From contig JBBRXO010000050.1 in assembly GCA_038248345.1 (NCBI GenBank), positions 1-20,806 of the forward strand: a DNA stretch of 20,806 nucleotides. Reading direction: 5' to 3'. Shown piece by piece: positions 1 to 10,225 of this stretch. Under the pieces are notes generated by a model that was not told where the DNA came from, did not search any database, and worked only from the letters and a program-made list of their open reading frames with translations. This DNA comes from Armatimonadota bacterium (GTDB lineage: Bacteria > Armatimonadota > Hebobacteria > CAIYQO01). Each line of letters begins with the position of its first letter. Positions within the stretch are counted from its first letter, which is position 1. The position numbers and the translations under genes were made by a program.

Positions 1-1112
1 CCCCGGTACAACGCCCCATACTCCAGCAGCATGTCGCTGCGGGTGTAGTGGTTTTGTACGTGCTGGCGTGCGGCGGTGCCCTGGCGCTGGCGCAGCTCGG
101 GGTCGGACAGGTAGCGGCGCAGCGTGGTGTCGAATACTCCGAGCATGTCAGTCTCGACCACACTGCCGGTGGTGCCGTGGATCATGTAGTCGCGGTTGCC
201 GGGCACGTCGCTCACCACCAGCGGCAGGCCAGTGGCCATGGCCTCCAGCACCGTGTACGGCCCCGCCTCCCAGCGGCTGGGCAGGACGCAGATATCCATC
301 GACCAGTAGGCCTGGCGCACATCCTCGGGTTCGCCATAGAAGAGCGCATGTTTTACTCCCAGGCGGCGCGCCATGCGCAGCAGCGGACGGCGCAGCGGGC
401 CGTCGCCCCAGATGCATAGCCGCGCCTGCGGGAAGTCACTGGTACATTCTTCCATCGCCTCCAGCAGCAGGTCCACGCCCTTCTGTGGTACCAGGCGGCC
501 CATAAAGCCTATTGCCACATCATCGTCTGTCAGCCCGGCGGTGCGGCGTGCGTGCGCCATTTCGTCAGCATCGGGTGGGTGCCAGTATTCAGTATCGATG
601 CCGTTGTTGATAACCTTCAGCTTCTCCCAGGGGATATGGACGCGGTTCGCCTCCTCACGTTCGCCCTCGGAGACGCAGACGATGACCTCGGCACGCTTCG
701 CCTGCCACACTTCGCTCATCCGGTAGAAGGGCACGCGCCAGTCGCCGATACGCTGAAAGGGGAAGGCGTGCGGGGTGTAGATTACCGGGCAGGGCATGGG
801 AAAAGCACGCCCCAGATAGCCCGCCTTGGCGCTGTGCAGGTGCACCAGGTCGATGCCATCCTGCGCGGCCCAGCTCGCCAGCTGTCGCGATGCCGTACCG
901 TTGGGGGTGTGCGTCATGTCCAGCTCACGCACGGTAAATCCTCGTTCGCGCAGCATGGTGAAGCTACTTTTCCAGCTCTCCGGGCGCTGCAGCGAAACGT
1001 AGAGCAGCTGCTCAAATTCGTCATGGCGCAGACCATTCACCAGATCCAGCACCTGCCGTGCCACTCCGCCCGTCGTCGCCTCCACTACCTGTGCTATGCG
1101 TATCGCCGTCAT
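1..1112 (-). CDS. Glycosyltransferase family 4 (GT-B fold); 3' end runs off the window
   Basis: Not in the ORF track; translated by hand from ATG at 1112: MTAIRIAQVVEATTGGVARQVLDL...VHLHSAKAG...IYTPH...VINNGID...GFMGRLVPQKGVDLLLEA...VLPSRWEAGPYTVLEAMATGLPLVVSDVPG. These are GT4 motifs, including E-x7-E. The frame is open to the window edge. Confidence 0.93.
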   Translation of the reverse strand, partial: MTAIRIAQVVEATTGGVARQVLDLVNGLRHDEFEQLLYVSLQRPESWKSSFTMLRERGFTVRELDMTHTPNGTASRQLASWAAQDGIDLVHLHSAKAGYLGRAFPMPCPVIYTPHAFPFQRIGDWRVPFYRMSEVWQAKRAEVIVCVSEGEREEANRVHIPWEKLKVINNGIDTEYWHPPDADEMAHARRTAGLTDDDVAIGFMGRLVPQKGVDLLLEAMEECTSDFPQARLCIWGDGPLRRPLLRMARRLGVKHALFYGEPEDVRQAYWSMDICVLPSRWEAGPYTVLEAMATGLPLVVSDVPGNRDYMIHGTTGSVVETDMLGVFDTTLRRYLSDPELRQRQGTAARQHVQNHYTRSDMLLEYGALYR

Positions 1113-1172
1113 ATTTTGCCTCAATTATATGATAGCAGATTTGCGGGAAGAGTTGGGTGATGAAATACGCAA

Positions 1173-1202
1173 TAGACGTCGCCCCACCCTTGCAGTTATA
1201 CT
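1173..1202 (+). promoter_or_regulatory. Candidate sigma70-type promoter for the NUDIX gene
   Basis: TAGACG-18 nt-TATACT, about 25 nt upstream of the TTG start. Confidence 0.35.
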
Positions 1203-1226
1203 ATTACCTTGTAGAGGTTGGCATAA

Positions 1227-1679
1227 TTGATTAACGATAGCAGCAAAACAGAAATATCAGCAGGGGCAGTTGTGTTCCACATCACAGCAGATAACAGTAT
1301 CCTTTATCTGCTCTTACAGCCGGGGCCGCGCAAAGCATGGGGATTCCCCAAAGGCAGACTGGATAGCCAGGAGACAGATATGCAGGCGGCCTGCCGGGAG
1401 ATTGAAGAGGAAACGGGGCTGCGAGAGTTGGAATTCGCCGAGGATTTTCGTCATATTGTGCATTACCAATTCAAACGCGGACGCTGGGCAATTCAGAAAG
1501 AGGTCATTTATTTCCTCGCCCACTCACATTCACAACGGGTGCGTATCTCACACGAGCATATCGCCTACCGGTGGATGTCACTGGAAGAAGCATTCCGACA
1601 GGTCGTCTTTGAGAGTACGCGCGAACTCTTGCACTATGCGAACTCATATATCCTGGCAAATTTCCCGCCATTGCGGTGA
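1227..1679 (+). CDS. NUDIX hydrolase, Ap4A hydrolase / bis(5'-nucleosyl)-tetraphosphatase-like
   Basis: Nudix box GRLDSQETDMQAACREIEEETGL; SAGAVVF, WGFPKG, KEVIYFLA and ISHEH segments fit the asymmetric Ap4A hydrolase subfamily. TTG start with GAGG upstream. Confidence 0.88.
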   Translation: MINDSSKTEISAGAVVFHITADNSILYLLLQPGPRKAWGFPKGRLDSQETDMQAACREIEEETGLRELEFAEDFRHIVHYQFKRGRWAIQKEVIYFLAHSHSQRVRISHEHIAYRWMSLEEAFRQVVFESTRELLHYANSYILANFPPLR

Positions 1680-1750
1680 TGTGCATTTAGCATTAGAAAA
1701 AACAAGCGGATCATGGAATAATAGAGAATAGACTTCAGGGGGAAAAGAGG

Positions 1751-4700
1751 GTGCCTTTATTGTTGATATCATCGAAGAGAAAGCGGCTACCCGCATGGCA
1801 GCAGGCAGGGATTTATGCCCTGTTTGGTATCCTCTATTTTGTCGTCTGTGACTTGATTTTTATCCAGATCTATGGCTATCATGTCCGCTGGCTGGTCGAC
1901 ATCTTCATCGGCTTGATTATTGCACTCTCCACCCTGATTATTTTTAGCTTCATCTCCCATAGTAACAATGAAGAAGAAGCGACCCAGAGTGAATTGAAAC
2001 ATACCCGTTTTTTACTGCAAGCATTGATGGATTCCGCCCCGGATTACATCTACTTCAAAGATACCGAAGGGCGTTTCCTGCAGATTAATGATGCGCTGGC
2101 GAAATTCCTTGACCTGCCTTCCCCAGAGCAGGCTATCGGCAAAACAGACACAGAGATTGGACAGGTGGAATTAGTAGAGGAATACGCTGCCGACGAAGAG
2201 TTTGTTATGCGCACAGGCCAGAACATCGTGAATAAAGAGGAATTACAGCATCTGGCAAACAATAACAGCACCTGGATTTCCACCACCAAAATGCCGCTGC
2301 GCGATGAGACCGGCGCTATCAATGGCACCTTCGGCATTTCACGGGATATCACAGCATACAAACTGGCATTAGAGCAACAGCGCGAGCTGGCAGCTGGCAT
2401 GAAAGCGGTGCTGGAGATGGCGGATGCCCTCTTAAACATCGATGACTATGACCTGCTGCTTCGCCGGGCAGTAGAATTACCCCGTGAACGCTTGGGCATA
2501 GAACGGTGTTCTATCTATTTGCAAGTAGATAAACACCATATGATCGGGACATTTGGAACCAACAAACATGGGGTAACAACCGATGAACGGGATATCAGTA
2601 TTTTAATCCAAGAGCATGATCAAATTTGCGCATATCTGGAGCAGACTGGCGAACGTTGGTTTTACGAGCGAAGGATGCTTACTGATACGAATAATGGTGA
2701 GTATACCAAATTGTTTGAGGGAGAACTGGTACGGACTCCGATAATGATGCTTGGAGAAAATTCCGGTGTCTTTTTCAACGATAACGGGATAACCGGCAAA
2801 GCTATATCAATACAAAAACAAGAGCTACTCGCGGTGTACTGCACGTTGCTGGGTAATATCTTACAGCGTAAAAATGCAGAACTCTCGTTGTCTGCCGAGC
2901 GCTCGTTGCTGAAAGCGCTGATGACATCTGCTCCTGACAATATATACTTCAAGGACAGAGATAGTCGTTTTATTCGGGTAAGTAATACCATGAAGCGACT
3001 CTTCGGTATGGAAGACGTTGAACAGGTGATCGGTAAAAAAGATAGCGACTTCTTCTCCCCGGAACATGCGCTACGCGCTCTGGCGGATGAGAAGAAGATA
3101 ATAACCTCTGGTATCACATTACTGAATATCGAAGAGAAGGAAACCTGGGATAATGCCGAAGATACCTGGGCATCTACCTCAAAAATGCCGTTATACGATG
3201 AAGCGGGGAAAATAATCGGCACCTTCGGCATCTCACGTGATATAACACTACGCAAACAAGCGGAAGATTCATTGCATGAATTGGCTGAAGGGTTAAAAAT
3301 AGTACTGACCATGACCGATGACCTCCTCACCTGCCCGGACATGGATTCATTAATGCGCCGCGCCGTAGATTTACCCCGTACGATGCTGGGCTTGGATCGG
3401 GCGGGCCTGTTTCTCATCATCAATAATGGCGAAGATTTTGCTGGAACCTATGGTACCAATACCGATGGTAAAATCATCGACCAGCACGATCTTATTAGCA
3501 ATATCGGTGACCTCTATCATGACGCTATAGAAAAATCGATACACAGCGTGCAACGGTGGGCTGTAATGGATGATATCGAGATAAACAATTATATTGACCA
3601 TGAATGGATAGTAACCGGACGAGGATGGAAAGCTGTTACCCCCATCATATCAGCGACAGGCCCGAAAGGGGTATTCTTAAATGACAATGGCATCCATAGC
3701 AAAGAAGTGGATCAGGTAAAACAGGATGTGCTGGCGATCTATTGTGCGGCGCTGGGCAGAATAATGGAACGTATGGAGGTGGAAGAAGCGCTTCGTAAAA
3801 GTGAAGAAAAAGCGCGGCGCATCGCGGACAACATGCTGGATGTTATCGCACAGCTTGATGTAGACAACAATATCAGCTACTTAAGTCCGTCGATAAAAGT
3901 CGTACTTGGGTATCGCAAGGATGAGCTGCTGGGGCACTCGGTGCTGGAAATTGTACATCCTGATGATACCCAGCAAGTGATAGCATCATTTGAGGAACTG
4001 AAGCGCAACAAAACTGTACGAATTGAAGAACGGGTACGACACCGTCGCGGCCACTATCTCTGGATGGAGACCATCGCCAAACCATTGCGAGATGAAAACG
4101 GAGACATCAACGGGGCTATCCTCTCGACACGCGACATCACCCAACGGAAAGTTATCGAAGAAGAACTGGCGCGTAGCAATGCCGAATTACAGCAATTCGC
4201 CTATGTCGCCTCGCATGATCTGCAGGAGCCACTGCGCATGGTGGCCAGCTACGTGCAACTGCTGGAGCGGCGCTATAAAGGAAAACTGGATGCTGACGCA
4301 GATGAATTTATCGGTTTTGCCGTAGATGGCGCCACGCGTATGAAAGAGCTGATTAACGACTTACTGACCTACTCACGCGTAGGCTCCAACAACAAGGCAT
4401 TCGTCCCGGTGGAATTAGCTGGCGTGGTAAAAAGAGCGTTGCAACAACTGCAATTGGCCGTGGATGACAGCGGTGCGGTGATAGAGATTGACGACTTGCC
4501 GATGGTGGATGGCGAGGAATCGCAACTGGTGCAGTTATTCCAGAACCTGATCAGCAACGCCTTGAAATTCCGCAGTGATAAAGCGCCACTGGTGCATGTA
4601 ACAGCCGAGAAAAAAGGTGATTACTGGCAGTTTGGCGTACATGATAATGGTATCGGTATCGATAAACAATATATGGAGCGAATTTTTATCATGTTCCAGC

Positions 4701-4870
4701 GGTTACATTCCAAAGCGCAGTATCCGGGGACGGGTATCGGCCTGGCAGTATGTAAAAAAATCATCGAACGACATGGTGGCCGCATCTGGGTGGAAGCGCC
4801 CATAACTGGAGGATCGGTATTTTATGTCACCCTCCCCGTGCCAGAAAGAGGAGAAATTGATGAACATTGA
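1751..4870 (+). CDS. Membrane-anchored sensor histidine kinase: 2 TM - PAS - GAF-like - PAS - GAF-like - PAS - HisKA - HATPase
   Basis: H-box [13 protein letters not shown]-box [14 protein letters not shown]1 DNGIGI, F-box [10 protein letters not shown]2 [18 protein letters not shown] signatures IYFKD...[10 protein letters not shown] (twice) and VHPDD...STRDIT. Two N-terminal hydrophobic segments. Confidence 0.95.
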   Translation: MPLLLISSKRKRLPAWQQAGIYALFGILYFVVCDLIFIQIYGYHVRWLVDIFIGLIIALSTLIIFSFISHSNNEEEATQSELKHTRFLLQALMDSAPDYIYFKDTEGRFLQINDALAKFLDLPSPEQAIGKTDTEIGQVELVEEYAADEEFVMRTGQNIVNKEELQHLANNNSTWISTTKMPLRDETGAINGTFGISRDITAYKLALEQQRELAAGMKAVLEMADALLNIDDYDLLLRRAVELPRERLGIERCSIYLQVDKHHMIGTFGTNKHGVTTDERDISILIQEHDQICAYLEQTGERWFYERRMLTDTNNGEYTKLFEGELVRTPIMMLGENSGVFFNDNGITGKAISIQKQELLAVYCTLLGNILQRKNAELSLSAERSLLKALMTSAPDNIYFKDRDSRFIRVSNTMKRLFGMEDVEQVIGKKDSDFFSPEHALRALADEKKIITSGITLLNIEEKETWDNAEDTWASTSKMPLYDEAGKIIGTFGISRDITLRKQAEDSLHELAEGLKIVLTMTDDLLTCPDMDSLMRRAVDLPRTMLGLDRAGLFLIINNGEDFAGTYGTNTDGKIIDQHDLISNIGDLYHDAIEKSIHSVQRWAVMDDIEINNYIDHEWIVTGRGWKAVTPIISATGPKGVFLNDNGIHSKEVDQVKQDVLAIYCAALGRIMERMEVEEALRKSEEKARRIADNMLDVIAQLDVDNNISYLSPSIKVVLGYRKDELLGHSVLEIVHPDDTQQVIASFEELKRNKTVRIEERVRHRRGHYLWMETIAKPLRDENGDINGAILSTRDITQRKVIEEELARSNAELQQFAYVASHDLQEPLRMVASYVQLLERRYKGKLDADADEFIGFAVDGATRMKELINDLLTYSRVGSNNKAFVPVELAGVVKRALQQLQLAVDDSGAVIEIDDLPMVDGEESQLVQLFQNLISNALKFRSDKAPLVHVTAEKKGDYWQFGVHDNGIGIDKQYMERIFIMFQRLHSKAQYPGTGIGLAVCKKIIERHGGRIWVEAPITGGSVFYVTLPVPERGEIDEH

Positions 4871-5306
4871 AAGCTACGGCAGACCAGTAAATGTGCTGAT
4901 AGTAGAAGATAATCCTGGCGACGTCCGATTAACGTTGGAGGCTTTGAAAGAAGGTAAAATCCGCAACAACGTCAGTGTCGCTACAGATGGAGTAGAAGCG
5001 CTGGAATTCCTGCGACGAGAAGGTAAATTCAGTGAGTCCCCTCGCCCGGATATGATTCTGCTCGATCTGAACTTACCCCGCAAGGATGGCCGGGAAGTGT
5101 TGGAGGAGATAAAGAAAGACCCGGTACTCCGACGTATCCCGGTGATAGTATTGACCACCTCTACAGCAGAGGCGGATGTCTTCCGCACCTATGACCTTCA
5201 TGCCAATTGCTATATTACTAAACCGGTGGATATGGATCAATTCATCCATGTGGTACAGACAATAGAAGACTTTTGGTTTACAATAGTGAAATTATCCGGG
5301 AACTAA
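4860..5306 (+). CDS. Single-domain response regulator, Rcp1-like
   Basis: [41 protein letters not shown]. Likely start is ATG 4860 (AGGAG upstream), overlapping the kinase end, rather than 4824. Confidence 0.93.
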   Translation: MNIESYGRPVNVLIVEDNPGDVRLTLEALKEGKIRNNVSVATDGVEALEFLRREGKFSESPRPDMILLDLNLPRKDGREVLEEIKKDPVLRRIPVIVLTTSTAEADVFRTYDLHANCYITKPVDMDQFIHVVQTIEDFWFTIVKLSGN

Positions 5307-5313
5307 TGCTATT

Positions 5314-6240
5314 ATGAACGAAGAACTGATTTCAATATTAGTGGTAGAAGACAACCCCGGTGACGTGCGCTTATTGCGCGAAGCGTTACTGGAAGTTAAA
5401 TCCATGCGGTATATGCTGACTCATCGGGCTACGCTGACAGAGGCCTTCGCGTCTCTTAACGCCTGCTCCTATGAAGTGGTATTACTCGACCTCTCTCTCC
5501 CCGATAGCCAAGGGCTGGATGCGCTACATCAGTTGAGCGAAATGTGTCCAGATATCGCCATCATAGTGCTCACCGGCAATGACGATGAGACTGTGGCGTT
5601 GAATGCCATGCAAGCAGGGGCGCAGGATTTCCTGGTGAAGGGGCAATTTGAAGCACAGCTGCTCTGCCGCTCCATCCGCTACGCCATCGAACGCAATAGA
5701 CTACGCCGGGCGGTGCGGGCGTTATCACTCGTTGATGAACTGACCGGGCTATATAACCGCCGTGGTTTTACTACTTTTGCCGAACAACTGCGCAAAGTAG
5801 CCAGCCGCTCTACTCGTGGTTTCCTGCTGATTTTCGCCGACCTGGACGGAATGAAGATCATCAATGACACCTATGGACACCTGCAGGGGGATGAAGCACT
5901 GAGGTCGGTGGCAAGAGTCTTCCGTGCAACCTTCCGCGAGGCGGATGTCATCGCCCGCATTGGCGGAGATGAGTTCGCCGTCATCGCCTTTGAGAGTGAT
6001 GAGTTTTTTGCTGCTATTGCACGTAAACGGCTGAATGATATTATTGACGAGGTGAACTCCAGTGGTGACAACAAATTCCACCTGTCTTTAAGCGTCGGCG
6101 TTGCTCGCTACACCCCGGAGGTATCCTGCGCGCTAGACATACTCATCGCCCAGGCAGACGCGCAGATGTATGAAGAAAAGCGGATAAAGAATAATACCCG
6201 CACTATAATTCCGGCAACCCCGGATTCACTGCCGATATAA
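5314..6240 (+). CDS. Response regulator diguanylate cyclase (REC-GGDEF)
   Basis: REC (VVEDN, LLDLSLPD, DFLVK), DELTGLYNRR, DLDGMKIINDTYGHLQGD, intact GGDEF with an upstream RxxD (READ) I-site. Confidence 0.95.
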   Translation: MNEELISILVVEDNPGDVRLLREALLEVKSMRYMLTHRATLTEAFASLNACSYEVVLLDLSLPDSQGLDALHQLSEMCPDIAIIVLTGNDDETVALNAMQAGAQDFLVKGQFEAQLLCRSIRYAIERNRLRRAVRALSLVDELTGLYNRRGFTTFAEQLRKVASRSTRGFLLIFADLDGMKIINDTYGHLQGDEALRSVARVFRATFREADVIARIGGDEFAVIAFESDEFFAAIARKRLNDIIDEVNSSGDNKFHLSLSVGVARYTPEVSCALDILIAQADAQMYEEKRIKNNTRTIIPATPDSLPI

Positions 6241-7393
6241 CCGCCTGGCATTCAATCTCCACCAGCCAACCAGGACGACAGACAGCGGCTAGCACCACTT
6301 GTACCGGCACTGCGCCGAAACGCGCGGACATCTTCTGCCTGATAATCTCCATGTCACTCATATCACGCAAATAGACGATGAATACCACTACATCTTCCAG
6401 GGTGGCGCCTACCTGCTGTAACAAGGCAGCGATATTTTCCAGCGTACGCTCCAGTTGAAGTAACACCGCACCCGGATGAACAATATGGCCGTATCGGTCA
6501 ATGCTGGCTGTGCCAGAGACCATGACCTGCACGCGATCCTGATAAGCGATAGCGGTACCACGCTCAAAGGTAACTCCATAGAGGTTGGCGGGGCTAAGGT
6601 GATCGAGCGCCGCCAGATATGATACCTGCTTTTGTTGCACACCGGCAATGGCGTAGGCGTCGAGAAGTACGGTAGCGGAGACGTCCGCCGCTCTTCCTTC
6701 GATACCCGTACTGGTGCAATAGTGCGTCTGCGACGTCATGCCATTATCGGCGAATATCGCCCGACGCGCTTCCACTAATCCCTGATAATTAGCATCTACG
6801 TCCTGCACAAAAAACCAGGTGCGCAACATGTTCTCCGCCAGGCACATGTCATTTCTTTGCAGATATTCGTCGTACTGGTCGAAAATATCCTGTGTCTGGG
6901 CATATGACGTTTTCTCCGTGGCACTGGTGATGCCGGTACTCCAATGATGAGTAAGCTCTCCACGTTGCATTGCCAATGAGGTGCCCGTTTTGCATTTCCT
7001 TAACCCAGCCGGATCGTTGATATGGTAGGCCCACAGCGCCACTTTCGCCGGAGCTTCCGGCGGCTGCCCTACCCAGGAGACCGCGCAACTATCATCCTGT
7101 GCCGCCGGATCCGCAAAAAAACATTCCTTTAGCGCAGCAGCCTGGTTGGGCAAATCGCTACAAAAGAAGCGGCGGAACACCCCACTATCCGCATCAAGTC
7201 CTAATGATGCTTGCACGTTGGCATACGCGTCGCGGAGCCATTCCAGTTGCTCCGCCATACTCCCATAATCCGTCGGCTGCAAGATCAGGTGGAACTCCCC
7301 TACCCCGCTGGCGCCATGGAAAGCTGCGACGCTTACAGTTACCGGCAAGTGGCTACCATTGATTTCATGTAATATCACCTGTGAATTTGACAT
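6203..7393 (-). CDS. Rid/YjgF-superfamily multidomain protein (FkbO/Hyg5 chorismatase-like architecture)
   Basis: C-terminal FERGT...VSGTASID...QLERTLENIAALL...VYLRD...VCRPGWLVEIE; a middle YjgF-like unit RTWFFVQDVD...TSTGIEG. Confidence 0.75.
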   Translation of the reverse strand: MSNSQVILHEINGSHLPVTVSVAAFHGASGVGEFHLILQPTDYGSMAEQLEWLRDAYANVQASLGLDADSGVFRRFFCSDLPNQAAALKECFFADPAAQDDSCAVSWVGQPPEAPAKVALWAYHINDPAGLRKCKTGTSLAMQRGELTHHWSTGITSATEKTSYAQTQDIFDQYDEYLQRNDMCLAENMLRTWFFVQDVDANYQGLVEARRAIFADNGMTSQTHYCTSTGIEGRAADVSATVLLDAYAIAGVQQKQVSYLAALDHLSPANLYGVTFERGTAIAYQDRVQVMVSGTASIDRYGHIVHPGAVLLQLERTLENIAALLQQVGATLEDVVVFIVYLRDMSDMEIIRQKMSARFGAVPVQVVLAAVCRPGWLVEIECQAVISAVNPGLPEL

Positions 7394-7418
7394 TTAATAC
7401 CGTCCAGAATTAGATACG

Positions 7419-7455
7419 AAAACATCCCGGAGTAAGTTGCACACACTCCGGGATG
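7419..7455 (-). terminator. Intrinsic terminator after the ankyrin gene
   Basis: 11-bp stem CATCCCGGAGT (7423-7433) / ACTCCGGGATG (7445-7455), followed on the minus strand by TTTT. Confidence 0.7.
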
Positions 7456-7472
7456 CTATCGTCATGCTTCAA

Positions 7473-8885
7473 TTAGAAGCGGGCATTGTTTAATACCCAA
7501 TATGCATTGGAGCCACGGATCGAATAGTTCCGATCGGCGTAATCAAAAGCAATTAGCCCCCCGAAGGATTTGGTTTTCGGGTTGGCGCCAGCGGCGAGGA
7601 GCGCAGTGACGATCTCTGGGTGAATGTTACCCTTGGCGGCGATCATCAATGGGGTAAGTCCGTATTTGTTGCGACCTTCGATCTTCTGGCCGGCATCTAC
7701 CAGTACCGCAATAATCTCCGGGTTAGCGGCGCTATCCGCCGCTACCATTAATGGTGTGTATCCGTTGCTATCAACAGCAGCCATATTGGCGCCCGCTTTG
7801 ATCAATGCACTGATCACAGCCACGTTTTTGTTACTGCTGATAGCATGTAACAACGGCGTCATTTTATCATCCGGAGTAACTTCCTCCAGATTAGCGCCTG
7901 CTTTCAACAGCATAGTGATAACGTCCGGGTTATCACTATTCTCTACAGCACGAATGAAAGCCGTCTGCCCCTCTTTATCTTTGAGGTTAATCTTCTCGCC
8001 GATGCCCTTAGCGAAATAGGAGACAATCTCCGCGCTCGGATTACTCTCTGCTGCAAATAGTAACGGCGTGGTGCCACCGACATCAGTATCGGTTATCTTC
8101 GCCCCGGCATCAATTAGTTTGGTGAATACCGCCATGTTGGGGTTATTTTTGGCGGCCAGTAATAAGGCCGTGGTGCCATACCGGCTGCGGTCAGCGATCT
8201 TCGCCCCGGCAGCAAGCAACGCTGTGATGATCTCCACGGTTGTTTTGGGGTTACCGGCAGCGAAGATCAACGGGGTATAGCCGTTCATATCACGGTTATC
8301 TACCTTGGCCCCCGCCAGTAATAGTGCATTGATAACCTTGAGATTCGTAAATTTGCTGGCTACTGCATAATCTAAAGCGGTATTGCCCTGACGTCCGCGC
8401 AGATTGATTTTTGCCTTGGCGGTAATCAATGCCAACGCCACCTCCGGGTTCGCATTTTTATCAGCTGCGTACATTAGCGCGGTGCATTCATCAAACAACA
8501 CCGGATTATAACTATCGTAAGGGCTATAGTAATCACCTTCGCCATCGCTATAATCATTGTTGTTATCGGATTGTACTACCGGCTTCGGGCTATCATTCTC
8601 GATAGCAGCATCAAAGGTACTGCGAGAATTGATGTTCGCCCCGGCTTTGAGCAGGGCTGCGATAGCTGTTACGTCGGGGTTGCTCTCCGCCGCCAGCATC
8701 AATGGTGTTTTGGCGCTGATTTCTTCTTTGGCATTTACCAGTGCGCCGGCGGTAATTGCCTGTTGGATTTGCAGCCCGGTTCCCGTCTTTACCAGAGTGT
8801 AGAAGTCCGGTTGGGTCATTTTCTGCGCGAAGGCACTACTGGCGAGCACCAGTAACAAGAGGATAGCCAAGTGGAATCTCATCAT
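7473..8885 (-). CDS. Secreted ankyrin-repeat protein
   Basis: Signal peptide MMRFHLAILLLLVLASSAFA; about 10 repeats of G-x-TPL-xx-AA...N-x-NPEII-xx-LL-x-AGA-x-I; GGAG RBS upstream. Confidence 0.92.
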   Translation of the reverse strand: MMRFHLAILLLLVLASSAFAQKMTQPDFYTLVKTGTGLQIQQAITAGALVNAKEEISAKTPLMLAAESNPDVTAIAALLKAGANINSRSTFDAAIENDSPKPVVQSDNNNDYSDGEGDYYSPYDSYNPVLFDECTALMYAADKNANPEVALALITAKAKINLRGRQGNTALDYAVASKFTNLKVINALLLAGAKVDNRDMNGYTPLIFAAGNPKTTVEIITALLAAGAKIADRSRYGTTALLLAAKNNPNMAVFTKLIDAGAKITDTDVGGTTPLLFAAESNPSAEIVSYFAKGIGEKINLKDKEGQTAFIRAVENSDNPDVITMLLKAGANLEEVTPDDKMTPLLHAISSNKNVAVISALIKAGANMAAVDSNGYTPLMVAADSAANPEIIAVLVDAGQKIEGRNKYGLTPLMIAAKGNIHPEIVTALLAAGANPKTKSFGGLIAFDYADRNYSIRGSNAYWVLNNARF

Positions 8886-9068
8886 GATCTCCTTACTATG
8901 TCAATAATCCTCCACCTCACACATGGAGGTGGCACCAACAGTCGAACGCGCAGGAATGCACGTGGGTACTACAAGGATCTGATGTGATTATAACATCACT
9001 ATTACCGGATGTGGATAGATATTCAGAAGGTATTTTCTTATCTTATCGCGAAATAGCTATCATAACGG

Positions 9069-9842
9069 ATGGTGAAGATGACAGATAGACCACAGATTTT
9101 AGTTACTAACGATGATGGGATTAACGCACCGGGGATCATCGCGCTCCGCGCAGCCTTGCTGATAGTGGGCGACGTGACGGTGGTAGCGCCGGAACGACCG
9201 CGCAGCGCGAGCGGACATGCTATCACATTACACAAACCGTTGCGTGCCGACCTGCATCTGCTGCCGGGGGGCGGGCAGGGGTATGCCACTAACGGCACCC
9301 CCAGCGACTGTGTAGTATTGGGCGTACTGGCCTTAGTGAAGCGCTGCGACCTGGTGATCAGCGGTATTAACCACGGAGCCAACCTGGGCGAAGACCTCAC
9401 CTACAGCGGCACAGTTTCCGCCGCCATGGAAGGGGCCATCTGCGGCATCCCCTCCTTTGCCATATCACTGATGGACACCGAGACGCCCGACTTCGGCCCC
9501 GCCGCCGCCTTCGCCGCACGGCTGGCGCGCAAGCTGCTGACGATAAAACTCCCCCCCGACACACTACTCAATGTAAACGTCCCCGCTGTGCCCGGGCCGG
9601 AGATCAAGGGCGTGGCCATCACCCGCCAGGGCCGCCGCCGCTATGAAGGAAGAGTAGAACGCCGCCTCGACCCCCGCGGCCGCCCCTACTACTGGCTGGG
9701 CGGTGAGTCAATTGAGGATGTAAATGGCAGCGGAAGCGACGGCGAAGCGCTACAAAATAATTACATCAGCATCACGCCGTTACATTTGAATCTGACGGCC
9801 GGGGGGCTGGCGAAAGAGATGAGGGACTGGGAATTAGGTTAG
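9069..9842 (+). CDS. surE: 5'/3'-nucleotidase SurE
   Basis: ILVTNDDGINAPG, VVAPE..RSASGHAIT, GTPSDCV, SGINHGANLG...YSGTVSAAMEG, DPRGRPYYW, ISITPL. Start may be ATG 9078. Confidence 0.96.
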   Translation: MVKMTDRPQILVTNDDGINAPGIIALRAALLIVGDVTVVAPERPRSASGHAITLHKPLRADLHLLPGGGQGYATNGTPSDCVVLGVLALVKRCDLVISGINHGANLGEDLTYSGTVSAAMEGAICGIPSFAISLMDTETPDFGPAAAFAARLARKLLTIKLPPDTLLNVNVPAVPGPEIKGVAITRQGRRRYEGRVERRLDPRGRPYYWLGGESIEDVNGSGSDGEALQNNYISITPLHLNLTAGGLAKEMRDWELG

Positions 9843-9955
9843 ACTTCGATACAGCTACTGGAAATTAACGGTTGTTGGCCACCGACTACCTTATCCACTA
9901 GACTGTGGTCACATCCGTGAAAGCCCAGAATAAAAATAGGCGATGATTGGTACAT
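9839..9955 (-). pseudogene. Truncated N-terminus of an 'FHGCD' ADP-ribosyltransferase-fold toxin-like protein
   Basis: Hand translation MYQSSPIFILGFHGCDHSLVDKVVGGQQPLISSSCIEV* (38 aa). It resembles, from recall, the start of a family with [YF]HGCD...S.N.YDWLG.GIYFWE; the frame ends on the surE stop. Confidence 0.55.
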
Positions 9956-9965
9956 AATTTAATAT

Positions 9966-10138
9966 TCACTTCGACGGAGTATCGCGGTATCAAGCTGTCA
10001 GTTTTCCAGCTTTGGTGGTGATACCAGCCTCATGTAATATGCGGCGTCCTTCCTTGGGGTCTTTTCTAACCCTCTCACGTATAGCTTCAAAATGTTTAAA
10101 ATACTGGTTACTTCTTCTTCAGTTACTGATGATACCAT
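9966..10138 (-). pseudogene. Decayed paralog of the 11030-11206 small protein (one frameshift, one premature stop)
   Basis: RBS GAGGAGG, ATG 10138. MVSSVTEEEVTSIL, then one base missing near 10090-10100, then HFEAIRERVRKDPKEGRRILHEAGITTKAGKLTA*YRDTPSK*. Aligns without gaps to the 58-aa ORF. As written the frame gives 46 aa ending at 9998. Confidence 0.7.
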
Positions 10139-10188
10139 GGTATTATCCTCCTCAACATCATGCGTTGAAAATATCTACTAACATACAC

Positions 10189-10219
10189 ATTATACCATAA
10201 TCAAAGGCGAACAAAAACC
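10189..10219 (-). repeat. Copy 1 of a 31-bp direct repeat containing an extended -10 promoter
   Basis: + strand ATTATACCATAATCAAAGGCGAACAAAAACC, 30/31 identical to 11255-11285; the minus strand ends TGGTATAAT. Confidence 0.85.
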
Positions 10220-10225
10220 TCTATC

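Noticed and set aside
48..1160. Plus-strand ORFs 48-419, 68-505, 373-726 and 552-1160
   Set aside because: Shadows of the minus-strand GT4 gene, which the track missed because its stop lies outside the window.
8912..8932. CCACCTC/GAGGTGG hairpin upstream of the ankyrin gene
   Set aside because: 7-bp stem with no U-tract or other support; no function can be assigned.
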